From Candidatus Spongiisociaceae bacterium (GTDB lineage: Bacteria; Actinomycetota; Acidimicrobiia; Spongiisociales; Spongiisociaceae): a DNA stretch of 64,000 nucleotides. Position numbers and translations under genes: made by a program. Shown here in pieces: positions 1 through 11,362 of this stretch. The stretch covers positions 704,001 through 768,000 of the forward strand of contig OZ253564.1 in the NCBI GenBank assembly GCA_965262915.1, in the 5' to 3' direction. Position 1 is the first letter of the stretch, and every line of letters begins with the position of its first letter. The notes beneath the pieces were generated by a model that ran no database searches, had not been told where the DNA came from, and saw nothing but the letters and a program-made list of their open reading frames with translations.

Positions 1-2603
1 CGGAGCCAGTGGGCGATGCGTGTGGGGAGGGTGTCGAAGTGGTCGAGTCTTCGGTCGATGGGTTCGAGGCCGGTGTTTTCGGTGATTTGTTGAGTGATGT
101 CGTGGTCGGTTCGGAGGTGGCTCCAGGTTTGGTCGGCGTTGATGCCCTTGAGTTGGAACGCTGATGAGGGTTCGCCGTCTTGGGTGATCTGGCAGGTGAA
201 GTGCCATTGGGGCATTCCGAGCAGATCCCCGCTTTCGATAGGCGTCGAACCGTAGTTTTCGTGGTCTTGCCGTAGGCGGGTACCGTGTTGTTGTCCGCCC
301 ATGGCTTTGGCCAGGATCTCGGCGTCTTTGGGGTTTCCCAGCTGCCCGACGAAGAGGTGGGTGCGGTTGGCGATGATGACATCTCGCATCTTGGCAGACA
401 GCACCGAGGGGCTCTGGTTGATGAAGTGGACCTTCGCTCCGAACTTTCTCAGTTCCTGGACGGTCACCTCGGCCTGTGCTTCCAGCACCGGCGCATAGCT
501 TTGAAATTCGTCGAGGAACAGATGGAAGGGACGGACGGGTTGGCCCGGTTGGTGGGTGAGGCTTCGTTCTTTGAACGCTGTGACCATTTCCCCCACGATG
601 AGTCTGGCGAGGAGGTTGTCGGTTTCTGATCGATCGTTATTGGTGACTGCCAAAAGGATCTGTCCTTGGTCGATGATGTCGCGCCACCGCAGGGTGCTCT
701 GGCTGGCGCCCAACAAGGCTTGGATGCGGTCTTGGGTTTTCCACTGCTCCAATGCGTTGAGAGTTGGCGTCAACGCGGCCGATGTGGAGCCTTTGTCACC
801 GACCCACTGCGGGAAGGTCTGGTGCCACCATCTCTGGTCCCGGAAAGGCAGTTTGGCTGTGGCCAGGTTCCTCCATGCTTCGTCCAGCAGCAGGTTCTCC
901 AGGCAGAAGATGTTGGCCTGGATTGGTGGGGGGAGCCGATAGTTGAGGTTGAGGAGGCATGCCAACGAGTTACGGATGATGGTGCCCGTTCGGGGTGCTT
1001 TGGCGTTCGGGCCGATGTAGGTGGGGAACAGCGCTCCCGGGAGCATGCCTCTGAGATTTTCGATCCGACCTTTGCGCATCTCTGGAGGCACGACGGTGAG
1101 GTCGAGCGGATTCCAGGCCGCCGAGACGGGTTCTCCCCGGATGTCGGTGGCTTGGAGATCGATCTCCAAGATCCTGTGACCGTGACGCGCTCCGAGTCGC
1201 CGTTTGATTTCGTGAACCGCGGTTCGGTGCGGGTCGAGGAACAGGAACCCCCGTCCGGTTTCCGCGAGAGCGATCACCCGGGACAGCGCGTGCCAGGTTT
1301 TTCCCGATCCAGTCGCTCCCACGGTCCAGTCCACCAACGGATCGGTGGGCCCACCCCAGGGGATGCCCACGAGCCGTTCGGTGCCGTTATCGTCGGAAAC
1401 CACCCCGATCGGCATCAACTCTCCGGGTGCCTGGGGAAGAAACGTTGGCAGCGCAGGAGGGTCGGGCAGTCGCTTCGAAGTGGTTGCTCTGCCGATGCCG
1501 GCGGGAGGTGGCGCCAAAAGTACTTTCAAAGCATGCCAATGGAAGGCGGGAACGTCCCGACTGACTGTGCCCCGTGTCCACATGTCGTCGAACCGCTTGT
1601 CGGAGACATTCTTCCGCACCGCCAGTCGGTTGTGGTCGGTCGCCCAAGAGGTGCCCAACACCCGGCAGATGCGATCCGCGACCTGCTGACACTCGGCGGC
1701 GTGACCCGGTCCCTTACGAGCTACCCGCAACAACACCCGCACACCCGCCACCAACGCCCGGGTGTCGTCCGATTCCCAGATCCGTCGGTCCGGGTCGGAC
1801 TCACCTAACGTTCTTAGCCGCTCCCGGCACGCCCGTTCCCGCTCGGACACAGACAAAGGCAACACGTCAATCTTCATCTGGACATCGACCGCCGGATGGT
1901 CCGCGATGACGTCGCCTATCGGTGCCATGGGATGATCAGGGCTCGTGAGCGCGGTGTGAAGCGGTCGGGACAACACCCGGGGTGCCAGGAACCGGCGCAC
2001 CACCGAACCTCCACCCTCTTCCACAGGCAGACTGTCCGAGACCTCCACTCTGGCGTCGTAGGGCCAGGGTTCGATCTTGTGCTCGGGCCACACCGAACTC
2101 ACAGCCCGTTCAACACTCCGTTTTATTTCCCGATCAACCGACACGACCCACACCAACCCGTCCCCCTCATGGGCGGCCCACAACACCCGAACCACCCGTC
2201 GAGAAGCGGTGTTCAGGTCGCCGGCGGTGCGCAACAGCCACCGCCAGAAATCCATGACAGGATCACCCTTCCCTCGTCTGAGGCTCGGTCCTGCACCAGC
2301 CCGCCGACGCTCACCACCCCGCACGGGCACCACCGCAATCACCTCCCGACCCTCCAGATGCCAGCCACCTCCAACATCAGCACGACCGCCCACCAACCAA
2401 CGCCGCACCCACCACACCACAGCGGCCACGCAGCCCACAACCACTACCACAGCAACCACTTGGACGAGACGGTCAAGGTTAACTACCAACCTAGGACCCG
2501 CCCACGTAGACCACAACAAAGGACCCACAAACAACGCCGCCAGGGCACCATTTGCGAGGAGACCACCCTTTACGTGTTTGGTTTCTTCCTTTTTCTGCCT
2601 CAT
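1..2603 (-). CDS. Type IV coupling protein-like (VirD4/TraD/HerA-FtsK superfamily) membrane ATPase; runs off the left edge
   Basis: Hand translation from ATG 2603 (MRQKKEETKH...): two N-terminal hydrophobic segments, Walker A GATGSGKT (~1300-1320), FLDPH, Walker B LFLDEFQ, ELRKFG and INQS motifs. Missing from the ORF track because there is no stop in the window. Confidence 0.8.
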   Translation of the reverse strand, partial: MRQKKEETKHVKGGLLANGALAALFVGPLLWSTWAGPRLVVNLDRLVQVVAVVVVVGCVAAVVWWVRRWLVGGRADVGGGWHLEGREVIAVVPVRGGERRRAGAGPSLRRGKGDPVMDFWRWLLRTAGDLNTASRRVVRVLWAAHEGDGLVWVVSVDREIKRSVERAVSSVWPEHKIEPWPYDARVEVSDSLPVEEGGGSVVRRFLAPRVLSRPLHTALTSPDHPMAPIGDVIADHPAVDVQMKIDVLPLSVSERERACRERLRTLGESDPDRRIWESDDTRALVAGVRVLLRVARKGPGHAAECQQVADRICRVLGTSWATDHNRLAVRKNVSDKRFDDMWTRGTVSRDVPAFHWHALKVLLAPPPAGIGRATTSKRLPDPPALPTFLPQAPGELMPIGVVSDDNGTERLVGIPWGGPTDPLVDWTVGATGSGKTWHALSRVIALAETGRGFLFLDPHRTAVHEIKRRLGARHGHRILEIDLQATDIRGEPVSAAWNPLDLTVVPPEMRKGRIENLRGMLPGALFPTYIGPNAKAPRTGTIIRNSLACLLNLNYRLPPPIQANIFCLENLLLDEAWRNLATAKLPFRDQRWWHQTFPQWVGDKGSTSAALTPTLNALEQWKTQDRIQALLGASQSTLRWRDIIDQGQILLAVTNNDRSETDNLLARLIVGEMVTAFKERSLTHQPGQPVRPFHLFLDEFQSYAPVLEAQAEVTVQELRKFGAKVHFINQSPSVLSAKMRDVIIANRTHLFVGQLGNPKDAEILAKAMGGQQHGTRLRQDHENYGSTPIESGDLLGMPQWHFTCQITQDGEPSSAFQLKGINADQTWSHLRTDHDITQQITENTGLEPIDRRLDHFDTLPTRIAHWL

Positions 2604-2862
2604 ACCCTCACCTTTCTGTAGTTAACGAGACATCCAAGAGATCTCAAGATATTTGCCCGTGGATGCCATTCATTGTATATATCTATATTGCTCCCTGATA
2701 GGCGACAGTCTCGAAAAACCGGGATTGACCTGACGTTTCCCTCGGATTCCCGATTCGTAAAGCTGAGTTGCGAAACGTCGTTTTATCGGCCATACTTATT
2801 GTTGTATGTATTTTTGTATGTATGGCATATGTTAGGCATACAGCGTCGGCTAGTGTGGCGGT

Positions 2863-3787
2863 ATGTCTTCGGAGTCGAAACCACGCTCAACTCCTCGCTG
2901 TTATCTGACCGCGGACGGGGAATGGCCAGACGGTCCCCTCGAGGACGGAGCCATACCCGAAGCCAGCCTCTCCCAGGCGATCACTTGGAGACTCAGAGAG
3001 GCCCTGGACCGCGATAGGGGAACCCGAGACGACGTAGCCGCCAAGGCCTGCCTTTCCCCTGCGACGATTTACAAGCTTCTCCGTGGAGCCTCATGGAGTC
3101 GTGTCCCTACCATCGCGCGGCTCGAACGGATCCTTCGGTACCCCGGTTGTGGGGTAACGAACACCTCCGCCCCCCTCCCCGTTTCTACATCGCCTCCGGT
3201 GAATGGCCCGACGGGCGACTAGACACGGAAGCCCCGCCTGAAGTCCGCCTCGCTCGGGCGGTTGTCCTAAGGCTCGAACAAGAACGCGGGAGCCGCCGCC
3301 TGGAGTATGTCGCCAGGGAAGCTGGCGTCAGTGTCCCAACCCTGAGAGACCTCTGCAACGGAACGTTTTGGGGTGATTTGGACACTATCGCCCGTCTCGA
3401 ACGGTTCCTCGAAATTCGACTATGGGGCGACGAACATCAGAAGCGGTCGAGTTTCCCCCCCGAGGCTACCTAGGTGTTGGAGTCTGGCCAGAGGGGCGGC
3501 TGAAAGGCGATGCTCCACCAGAAGCCCGCCTCGCTCAGGCAATGGTGCTCAGGCTCCACAGCGCCTGCAGCAAATCCTCACCCGAAAAGGTTGCCCAACA
3601 AGCCGAAATCCCCCTCAGAGTCGTCCAAGACCTCCTAGACGGCGCCATCTGGCCTGATTACGCGGTCGTCGTCCGTCTCGACACAGCTGGAATAGTGCTA
3701 TGGGGCAGCGAAAACCGCCAGGATGTCCGTAAACGCACAATCAAAGAAACGAAGCGAGAGGAATACCGCCTGAGCAGACGGCGGTAG
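2863..3787 (+). pseudogene. Protein of three tandem XRE-like HTH repeat units, split over three frames
   Basis: ORFs 2863, 3093 and 3422 each carry PRxY..G.WP(D/E)G.L...(P)E..L......RL, an HTH, and (units 2 and 3) LWG.E. Both junctions are -1 shifts next to C runs (~3141, ~3455). Confidence 0.65.
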
Positions 3788-4219
3788 TCCCACCCGCGAG
3801 TGAGGCAGCCCTACCTAAGGTGCTCGTGTCCGCGTGGCAACCGGCAGCCCGCCCCGGGCACAGATCCCTGCGGTCGGCTGCGCCGAGTTGTGGCAGCGCA
3901 TCCCCAGACCCCTGCCCAGGGCAGTTGGCACGCCTCGCCCGAGACTTCGAATCTGATGTGCGCTGGAGTATCACGTTCAAAGCAAACACCCGAGCCAAGG
4001 TCCTAACCCACCTCACCGACGCTTCTCTTGGCCTAACAAACCCGCGAGCGGACCTCTGTCGCCGTTACATGAACGCCCTCAGCATCAACCAGGCCCTTAT
4101 CCGGGTCGTCGAACCCGAACAGCTAACCAAGGAGGTCGTACTTCAAATCCAAATCGGCTAGAACAGAACCCAACAAGAAGAGACCAACGCGGAACCATCC
4201 GATACATCCCATCCCTGGA

Positions 4220-5030
<811 letters not shown>

Positions 5031-5397
5031 GATGGCTTAGTGGGAGATCCGCATCGACTCATCATCGGGGAAACCGACCCGAAACCTGCCTCGAGATCTG
5101 CTCCGGGCTCCACACAGTTGCCCAAGCGCCGATCCTTCAGGCGCCCGTGACACCTCCTCAACCAACAGACGTCAGAGCCCCGTGGGACGGCTATGCCATC
5201 CACAGCAGCGACCTCACCGCGAGAACGACCCCGGACGCAGTGGCGAACTCGTCGTTCACGGCAAGCAGCAAGCGGAAGGTGTCCACCTATCGATGGTGTC
5301 CCTGTTGACCGGTACATCGACGCCACGGCCCAGGAGTTAGGAGTCCAGTTCGACACAGCGACGGCCAACGCCCTGCGTATGCTTCAGCAGGATTGGT

Positions 5398-6835
5398 GGC
5401 TCTTCGGATTTCACGGGGGAGTGACCGCAGGGAGTAGGTCCCAGTCAGGTTTCCCCGCGTATAGAAGAGCCCGTATTCGGTAGTTCGCGAAGTTGGGTAA
5501 CCCGAAGGCTGCTCGTTTGATGCGTTTGATCAGGTTGTTGAGAGCTTCGGTGGCATCTGTTGGTCACCTTTGAGATGTGCCAGTTGGTGATCTGTGGGGT
5601 CCAGCGGGCGATGGTACGGCCCAGCTTGTTGATCTCCGGGGGGCAGGATTCGTTCTGGAGGTCGTCGGCGAGCCGGGTGGGTGTATCGGAGCGCGAGAGC
5701 GGGGCGGTCAACTTCGTAGATGCCGCGCACGGTTTCCTTAGCGTGCGGGGCACAGCGGACCTCCCCGTGGGGATCACCCGCGTCGAGGAGGCCCCGCAGC
5801 CGGACCTGGCCCCGGTCGCTGTATCTTCTTGTGGGCCGCGGTCAGGAGCCGGCGTATCCGATAGAGGGGGTCTCGGCTGCGGCCCCTGTGGCCGAGGGTT
5901 TCGTTGGGGACCCTTCTGCGTACCTCGTCGAGCCGCTGGTTAGCAAGGCGGATCACGTGGAAAGGGTCTGCGACCTGCGCAGCGTTGGGCAGGACCCGGT
6001 CGTAGGCCGTGCGGTATGCGCCGGACATGTCCAACACCGCCCAGCGGATCCCGTCGCGCCATCCCACCGGTTGCGACCGGAACCAGGCTTCAGCACTATT
6101 AGCTGTCTTACCACCGACTATGTCAATCAACTGGCGGTTCCCCACATCTACGACAGAAGTGCACCACTGCTTGGCCCGGAACCGGCCGCGCCGCCACAAC
6201 AACGTCTCATCGACCCCGACAGCCTCAACCTTGCCTACCCGGCTGGTGTCGGCTTCGAGCAGTGCTTCACCCCAGCGGCGGACCTCGTCGGCCACCGTAT
6301 GCCAATCACAGCCCAACTCTTTCGGCGACTTCGTCGACGGGGCGGCCCCGCCGGCCGACCCCGATGGTCGCCCATCTTGCTGCTCGGGATGTCAGCAACG
6401 CCCGCGGTGGGGCGATCGTGGCGTCTTGCTCGACGAACGAGCGGACCGCACACCCAGAGTCTGGGCACGTCCAGCGGCGTTTCCGCCACCTGAGACGAAC
6501 CGGCCTGCCGAACGCAGGCAGATCAACCAACACAGCTGTCCGATAGCCCTTAGACCACACCCGACCACCGCAGGCCTCACAGGTCGGGCGGGGCCTGCGG
6601 GAGCGGATCACCACCCCGATCGGTGTTTGCTCACCGGAGTCGTTGATGCCACACAGGTCAACGTCGCCTAGGCCTACCAGCTTCTCGCACATGCGCGCAG
6701 GGATCAGTTTCCACAGGGGTCCTCCTGGCTCGGATGTCATTGCTGAAGTCCGATTATGGAGGACCCCTCCTCACTTCTGGCGGATTCCGGCTCCCCCGAC
6801 AGGATCCCCTACTCCCCCCTAATTTCTGAAGAGCC
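5398..6835 (-). mobile_element. ISL3-family insertion sequence with 8-bp target duplication
   Basis: Imperfect terminal IRs GGCTCTTCGGATTTCACGGGGGAGT / GGCTCTTCAGAAATTAGGGGGGAGT; direct repeat GGATTGGT at 5390-5397 and 6836-6843. Confidence 0.92.
5445..6740 (-). pseudogene. ISL3 transposase (frameshifted)
   Basis: Zn finger CEACG...WRKRRWTC, VGVDE, AVLDMSGAY, VADPFHV and PPEINKLGRT are spread across ORFs 6306-6740, 5774-6316 and 5445-5777. Confidence 0.88.
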
Positions 6836-7003
6836 GGATTGGTTCCTGTTCTGGATGTGGGCCGTGGGCATCCTTTTGGGTGCCGTCGGCATCGCGACCG
6901 GCATCGTCCTGGCGGCCGTTACCTGATCCGAACCACGGACGGATCCGATGTCACGGCCCCTCAAGGCTGCTGCTCCCACGACTGCCGCGACATCGCGGAA
7001 TCG

Positions 7004-7426
7004 CTAGCGGGTCGTGGCCCCGGTCACATTATCCGGCCAGGGTTCCCCATCGCAGGGTCCGTCGTCCGTGTCGCTCGGCCCGCTCGGCTGGGTGGCCGGT
7101 CGCTCACAAGCGTACCGATCAGGAGCAGGAGCATGGTGATCAGGTAGTAATCCCAGCATGATCGGTACGGTCGTCAGCGCCGATATCGCCAGTCCGGCGG
7201 CCGCCCATTCGCGTCCCTCCGCTCCGTAGTCCGCACGGCGGAGTCCCAGCCAGGACAGGGAGGCCCCTAGCAGTATGAGGACGACGCACCAGGTGACGGC
7301 CTGGCCGGATATGAGGAACCCGGCGAGGTTCGACCAGGTCCATCCGTGGCTGAACCACCAGGTGATCTGTAACAGGGCGGCGGCCGTCGCCACGACGAAT
7401 CCGGCTACGGCTAGAGCATCGGGCAA
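7004..7426 (-). CDS. Hypothetical membrane protein (possible 3' frameshift)
   Basis: Three hydrophobic segments; a further hydrophobic stretch YYLITMLLLLIGTLV lies in another frame near 7140. Confidence 0.5.
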   Translation of the reverse strand: MPDALAVAGFVVATAAALLQITWWFSHGWTWSNLAGFLISGQAVTWCVVLILLGASLSWLGLRRADYGAEGREWAAAGLAISALTTVPIMLGLLPDHHAPAPDRYACERPATQPSGPSDTDDGPCDGEPWPDNVTGATTR

Positions 7427-7642
7427 CTGGGCGTACGCCCGTTCGGTCGGATGGCACTGTCAGGTAGCCATCACGCCTCCTCGGGGGGAATGCTTGGTAT
7501 ACAGTCCAATGTAAGGGGTGGGTGTGACAGTTCCCGGTGAGGGTGGTTCCGTCCGCTCCGGGGGGAAGCAACCCGGGGCCTTCACGCCGAGGGATCCGAC
7601 CGGCGATCGGCTCGGGCGAGAAGCGTCAGGGGCGAGCGCCGA

Positions 7643-8092
7643 TCACCCGGATACGTCCGACCATCCCTCGTGGCGGGCGATCATCTCCCGGAGGTAGGCG
7701 GGTACGGCCTTGGGCTGCATCGTCTCGTGGTCGACGATCACCTGCACTTGGCGTCCCTCGACCACCGTCTCGCCGCTTTCGGTGGTCAGGTACTCGAAGG
7801 TGATGGAGCTCCGTCCGATCCCCACGACCCGGGCGGTGGTGCTCACCACCTGTCCCATCCGGGCCGACCGCCGGTAGTCGATCTCGGTGCGGGCCAGCAC
7901 CACGTCGTCGCCGTTCGCCACCATGAAGTTCCACGGGCAGCCGACGGCGTCCATGTAGTCGGTGAAGGCGTCGTCCCAGTACACCAGGTAGGTGGGGTTG
8001 TAGACGATGCCCTGGGCGTCGCAGTCGGAGAACCGGAGCCTCCGGCTGTAGATGACCGGTTCGCGGCCGGGTGCGATGCTCGGATCGGTCAT
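7643..8092 (-). CDS. Acyl-CoA thioesterase, 4HBT/YbgC-FadM hotdog family (copy A)
   Basis: RFSDCDAQGIVYNPTYLVYWDDA motif; paralog of 15323-15760. Confidence 0.9.
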   Translation of the reverse strand: MTDPSIAPGREPVIYSRRLRFSDCDAQGIVYNPTYLVYWDDAFTDYMDAVGCPWNFMVANGDDVVLARTEIDYRRSARMGQVVSTTARVVGIGRSSITFEYLTTESGETVVEGRQVQVIVDHETMQPKAVPAYLREMIARHEGWSDVSG

Positions 8093-8158
8093 GCCGACAC
8101 ACGATAGAGCCTGCGGGGCATCGCCCCGTCCCGGATGATCGCCACCGGATGGACCCGG

Positions 8159-9103
8159 CTAGCCGGGAAGCTCGGGGGCCGGCAGGCGGGTGGGCGGGTC
8201 GTCGTGGCGGGGCAGCTTCACCGGGTTGCCCGCCATCTCGAGGGTCGAACCGTCAGGCAGCCCGACCTCCACCACCATATTGCGGGCCCGCACGCCCGGG
8301 TCCGACACCACCGCGGCGATGTCGTTGATCGGCCCGCACGGTATGCCCGCCGCCTCCAACCGGACCAGCCAGGCTTCGGCGATGTCTCCGGAGAGGGCCG
8401 CCTCGAGTTCGGCGCCCAGAGCCTCGGCGTGTTCGGTGCGGGCCTCGTTGGTGGCGAAGCGGGGGTCGTCCACCAGCTCGGGACGTCCAAGCGTCCCGCA
8501 CAATGCCGAGAACAGGCGGTCGTTCCCGGCGGCGACCACGAGGGGGCGGTCCGCAGCCTGATAGGCGGCGAAGGGCGTGATCGATGGGTGGCGGCTGCCG
8601 AGAGGTCCGGGGACCAGGCCGGTGGCCGAGTAGCGGGCGATGGCATTCTCGAGGATGGCCACCTGGCAGTCCAGCATGGCGATGTCCACCATCTGTCCCA
8701 TCCCGGTCCGTTCCCGCTCGTGCAGGGCGGCCAGGATCCCGACGGCGGCAAACAGGCCGGCCGCGATGTCCCCCACCGACGTGCCCACCCGGGTGGGAAG
8801 CCCCCCGGGATGGCCGGTGAGGCTCATCAGCCCGCCCATGGCCTGCACCACCATGTCGTAGGCGGGACGCTCCGAGTACGGGCCGGTATGGCCGAACCCG
8901 CTCACCGCCGCGTACACCAGCCCCGGCCAGCGGGCATGCAGCGTCTCCCACCCGTAACCCATCCGCTCCATAGCGCCGGGACGGAAGTTCTCCACCAGCA
9001 CGTCGGCCCCGTCGAGCAGCTCCTCGAACCTGACCCGGTCCTCCGGGTGGTCGAGGTCCAGCGCCACGGACGTCTTGCCCCGGTTCAAAGACTCGAAGTT
9101 CAC
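8159..9103 (-). pseudogene. CaiB/BaiF family III CoA-transferase, N-terminally truncated (copy A)
   Basis: NRGKTS, DVLVENFRPG and YDMVVQAMGGLMSLTG are present; it lacks the DLSRVLAGP N-terminus found in copy B. Confidence 0.85.
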
Positions 9104-9209
9104 CTTCTCCGATGGGAAGCGTTTCCTGATCGGAACGGACGACCCGGAAGGCCTGACCCGCGGCTTTCCTCTGAGTCGGTGCCGGAGCGGGTCGGCACCG
9201 GTCGGCCAG

Positions 9210-9515
9210 CCGCGGCTGGGTATGCGTGGTCCGTTGCTCTAACGAATCCAGCTTCAGGCGGAACCCGGTCGCCCCTTCGATGGTGATGACAACGCCGAGC
9301 GACTCGAGCTCCACCAGGGATTCTCGACGAGCGTCTTGACGAGCGTCTTGAGTTGCGAGGGCCGTATCGGCCTCGGATTTGACTCGTTCGCCGTGTGCGC
9401 GGCGTTCAACCGGACGTACCTTTGGGTTGCCGCCACCGCCTCCCCGAGCAAATTCCCGATCCTCCACATACCCGTGTACGAGTAGATGAGGCAGGGGGCC
9501 AGCTCCGCCAGGCAC
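9210..9515 (-). pseudogene. N-terminal fragment of an S8 subtilase of the AAA-ATPase/subtilase (IetAS-like) pair
   Basis: LPHLLVHG...RPVERRAHGERV...RLKLDSLE lies directly after the AAA C-terminus; no catalytic domain remains. Confidence 0.55.
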
Positions 9516-9858
9516 CGTCAATACGTTGTCGCTCCTGTAAGGCTTCAACCAACGTAGCGGTAGCGACTCGCTCCTCCCCTGATAGGAGGGAACGCTTCGC
9601 TGCCGTCTCGGCCGCCTTCACCAGTTCGGCATGGCTCATTCCGTCATCGTCTTGCCGGTCCCCGGAGGGCCTTCGAGCAGTATCCGGTGCGGGGGGGTGT
9701 CCCTGTCTTGTTGTCAAGCCGCTTGGGGTAGGTTTTTGGGGGTTTCGGGTTGGGTCTGGGGTGGTTGGTAGGGGGTTTGGGTTTTGAGCATGGCCAGGAT
9801 GATGTTGGGGCGTCGGCGGGCTACGTAGATGACGGCTGCGTTGATGCTCCTATGATTG

Positions 9859-11139
9859 TCAAATCGATGATGGTGGGGCGGGTTGGTGGGTTCGGAGCCA
9901 GTTCTGGTATCGGGTAGCGAGCTGGTGGTTGTGGTCTCGGCCGCGTTCGATTTCTGAGATGCGGGCAGGGTGGGTTCGGAGAGCGTGGGCGGCTTGGGTG
10001 ATGGTGATGCCGCCTTGTTGGCGTAGGGTGCGCAGCTTCGCGCAGTTCGGGGTTGGTGGCGGGTTAGTGATGAGTCGGTATATTTCTCGGGCGATGTGCC
10101 TCTTGAGGCAGCGGATGATCTCTTTTCGGTTCTTTCCTTCGGTCTGGCGTCGGGTTACGTAGTCTTTGGTGCGGGCGTCGTGGCGCATCCGGGTGGTAGC
10201 GATGCGCCACAGCGCACAGTTTGCTTGCCGGTCGCCGCCCCGGTTGAGACGATGCCGCATGGTCTGTCCCGATGATGCCTGGACGGGGCTGGTGCCGCAC
10301 AGCGCCGCAAAGGACCGTTCCGATTTCATACGCCCGGGTTTGTCGCCGACTGCGACCAACAAAGCGGCGGCTGTGTCAGGACCGACACCTTCTGCCGCCA
10401 GCAGCGCCGGGTTCGCCTTCGCGCAGAGGCCTCTGATCTCGGTGTCGAGTTCGCCGATCTCTGTGTCGAGGGTTTGGTATCGGCGGGCCAGATGCCGCAG
10501 GGCACGCTTCGCGTAGGCGGTGGTGGTGTGGTCTGTGCCGGGTCGGAACCGGGCGCAAACTCGGACCTGGGCTTTGAGATTCATGCCCTTTAGCTGTTGT
10601 TTGACCTGCTCAGGGCCGGTAACCACCAGAGAGTGGATCTGGTTGGCGGCCTGGGTGCGGGCTTTGACCGCGGAGCGGCGGGCCGTCCTCAGCATCCGCA
10701 GGCACTCGACCGGACCGTCACCGGACTTGGGAACTGCGGTTGCTTGGCCCGAGGCGGCCGACCGAGTTGCTGCCTCGGCGTCGACGCTGTCGGTCTTGCC
10801 GCCCTTCTGGCGGCGTAGCTGGCGGTTCGGCCGGTTCACCTCCACCACCTCGATGTCGGCCTCGGTCAGATAGCGGGCCAGCCCGGCGCCGTAACTACCG
10901 GTTCCTTCTACCCCGACCCGGACCAGATGTCCCTGCGATCCCAGCCAGGCGACCAACCGCTGATACCCAGCTCCCTCCGCTGCGAACGACTCTGACCCCA
11001 ACAGGCGACCAGCAGTATCCACCACCGCCGCTACATGGGTGTCACGATGGGTATCAACCCCACCGAACACATCAACCCGATTCCCCGACACGACCACCAC
11101 CTCCTCGAGGGCGCTACTCTTGTTGCGGGGTTCCGGCAA
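9859..11139 (-). CDS. IS110 recombinase with an extra C-terminal XRE-like HTH (true start probably ~11095)
   Basis: GVDTH, VGVEGTG, KTDSVDA, CGTSPVQASSG and RLNRGGDRQAN motifs; tail LRTLRQQGGITITQAAHALRTHPARISEIERG. Confidence 0.92.
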   Translation of the reverse strand: MPEPRNKSSALEEVVVVSGNRVDVFGGVDTHRDTHVAAVVDTAGRLLGSESFAAEGAGYQRLVAWLGSQGHLVRVGVEGTGSYGAGLARYLTEADIEVVEVNRPNRQLRRQKGGKTDSVDAEAATRSAASGQATAVPKSGDGPVECLRMLRTARRSAVKARTQAANQIHSLVVTGPEQVKQQLKGMNLKAQVRVCARFRPGTDHTTTAYAKRALRHLARRYQTLDTEIGELDTEIRGLCAKANPALLAAEGVGPDTAAALLVAVGDKPGRMKSERSFAALCGTSPVQASSGQTMRHRLNRGGDRQANCALWRIATTRMRHDARTKDYVTRRQTEGKNRKEIIRCLKRHIAREIYRLITNPPPTPNCAKLRTLRQQGGITITQAAHALRTHPARISEIERGRDHNHQLATRYQNWLRTHQPAPPSSI

Positions 11140-11362
11140 AAAGCGGTGGACAGTACACTCACGGTGCTGGGAAGCTAAAGCTCCTATTAGGTCACATCCG
11201 CTCGGAGCCGAAACCCCGCTCTTCCCTGGACCGGGGGACAGGCCGACAGATCAACGCAAAGGCAACGCAAGCGCACGCCAGTGTTCTTTTGAGTCAGACC
11301 CGCCCCCCGCTCCAAGGGGCCACCCCATCTTCGCAGGTGGCCCCCAAAGGAAAGAGCCATTC
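11140..11362 (-). ncRNA. Putative bridge RNA of IS110-A
   Basis: Non-coding left end holds AAAGAACAC (11281-11289) and TGCGTTG (11252-11258), matching the target, and ATAGGAGC (11180-11187) and TGAGTG (11156-11161), matching the donor junction. Confidence 0.85.

Larger units (their letters stand above)
5193..6926 (+). pseudogene. Small protein with a C-terminal TM helix, interrupted by ISL3
   Basis: Removing the IS and one TSD copy gives ...NALRMLQQDWFLFWMWAVGILLGAVGIATGIVLAAVT-stop (TGA 6924-6926). Confidence 0.6.

Noticed and set aside
285-2625. Long plus-strand ORFs (666-1808, 1896-2621) and similar shadow ORFs elsewhere (e.g. 28008-29402, 32210-34006, 43424-45454)
   Set aside because: They are antisense shadows of real high-GC genes on the opposite strand.
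3820-4161. 113-aa ORF after the HTH gene
   Set aside because: No recognisable motif or clear start; possibly a fragment.
8253-9548. 431-aa ORF as a real subtilase fusion protein
   Set aside because: Only the first ~100 aa are subtilase-like; the rest is an alternate frame of the CoA-transferase.
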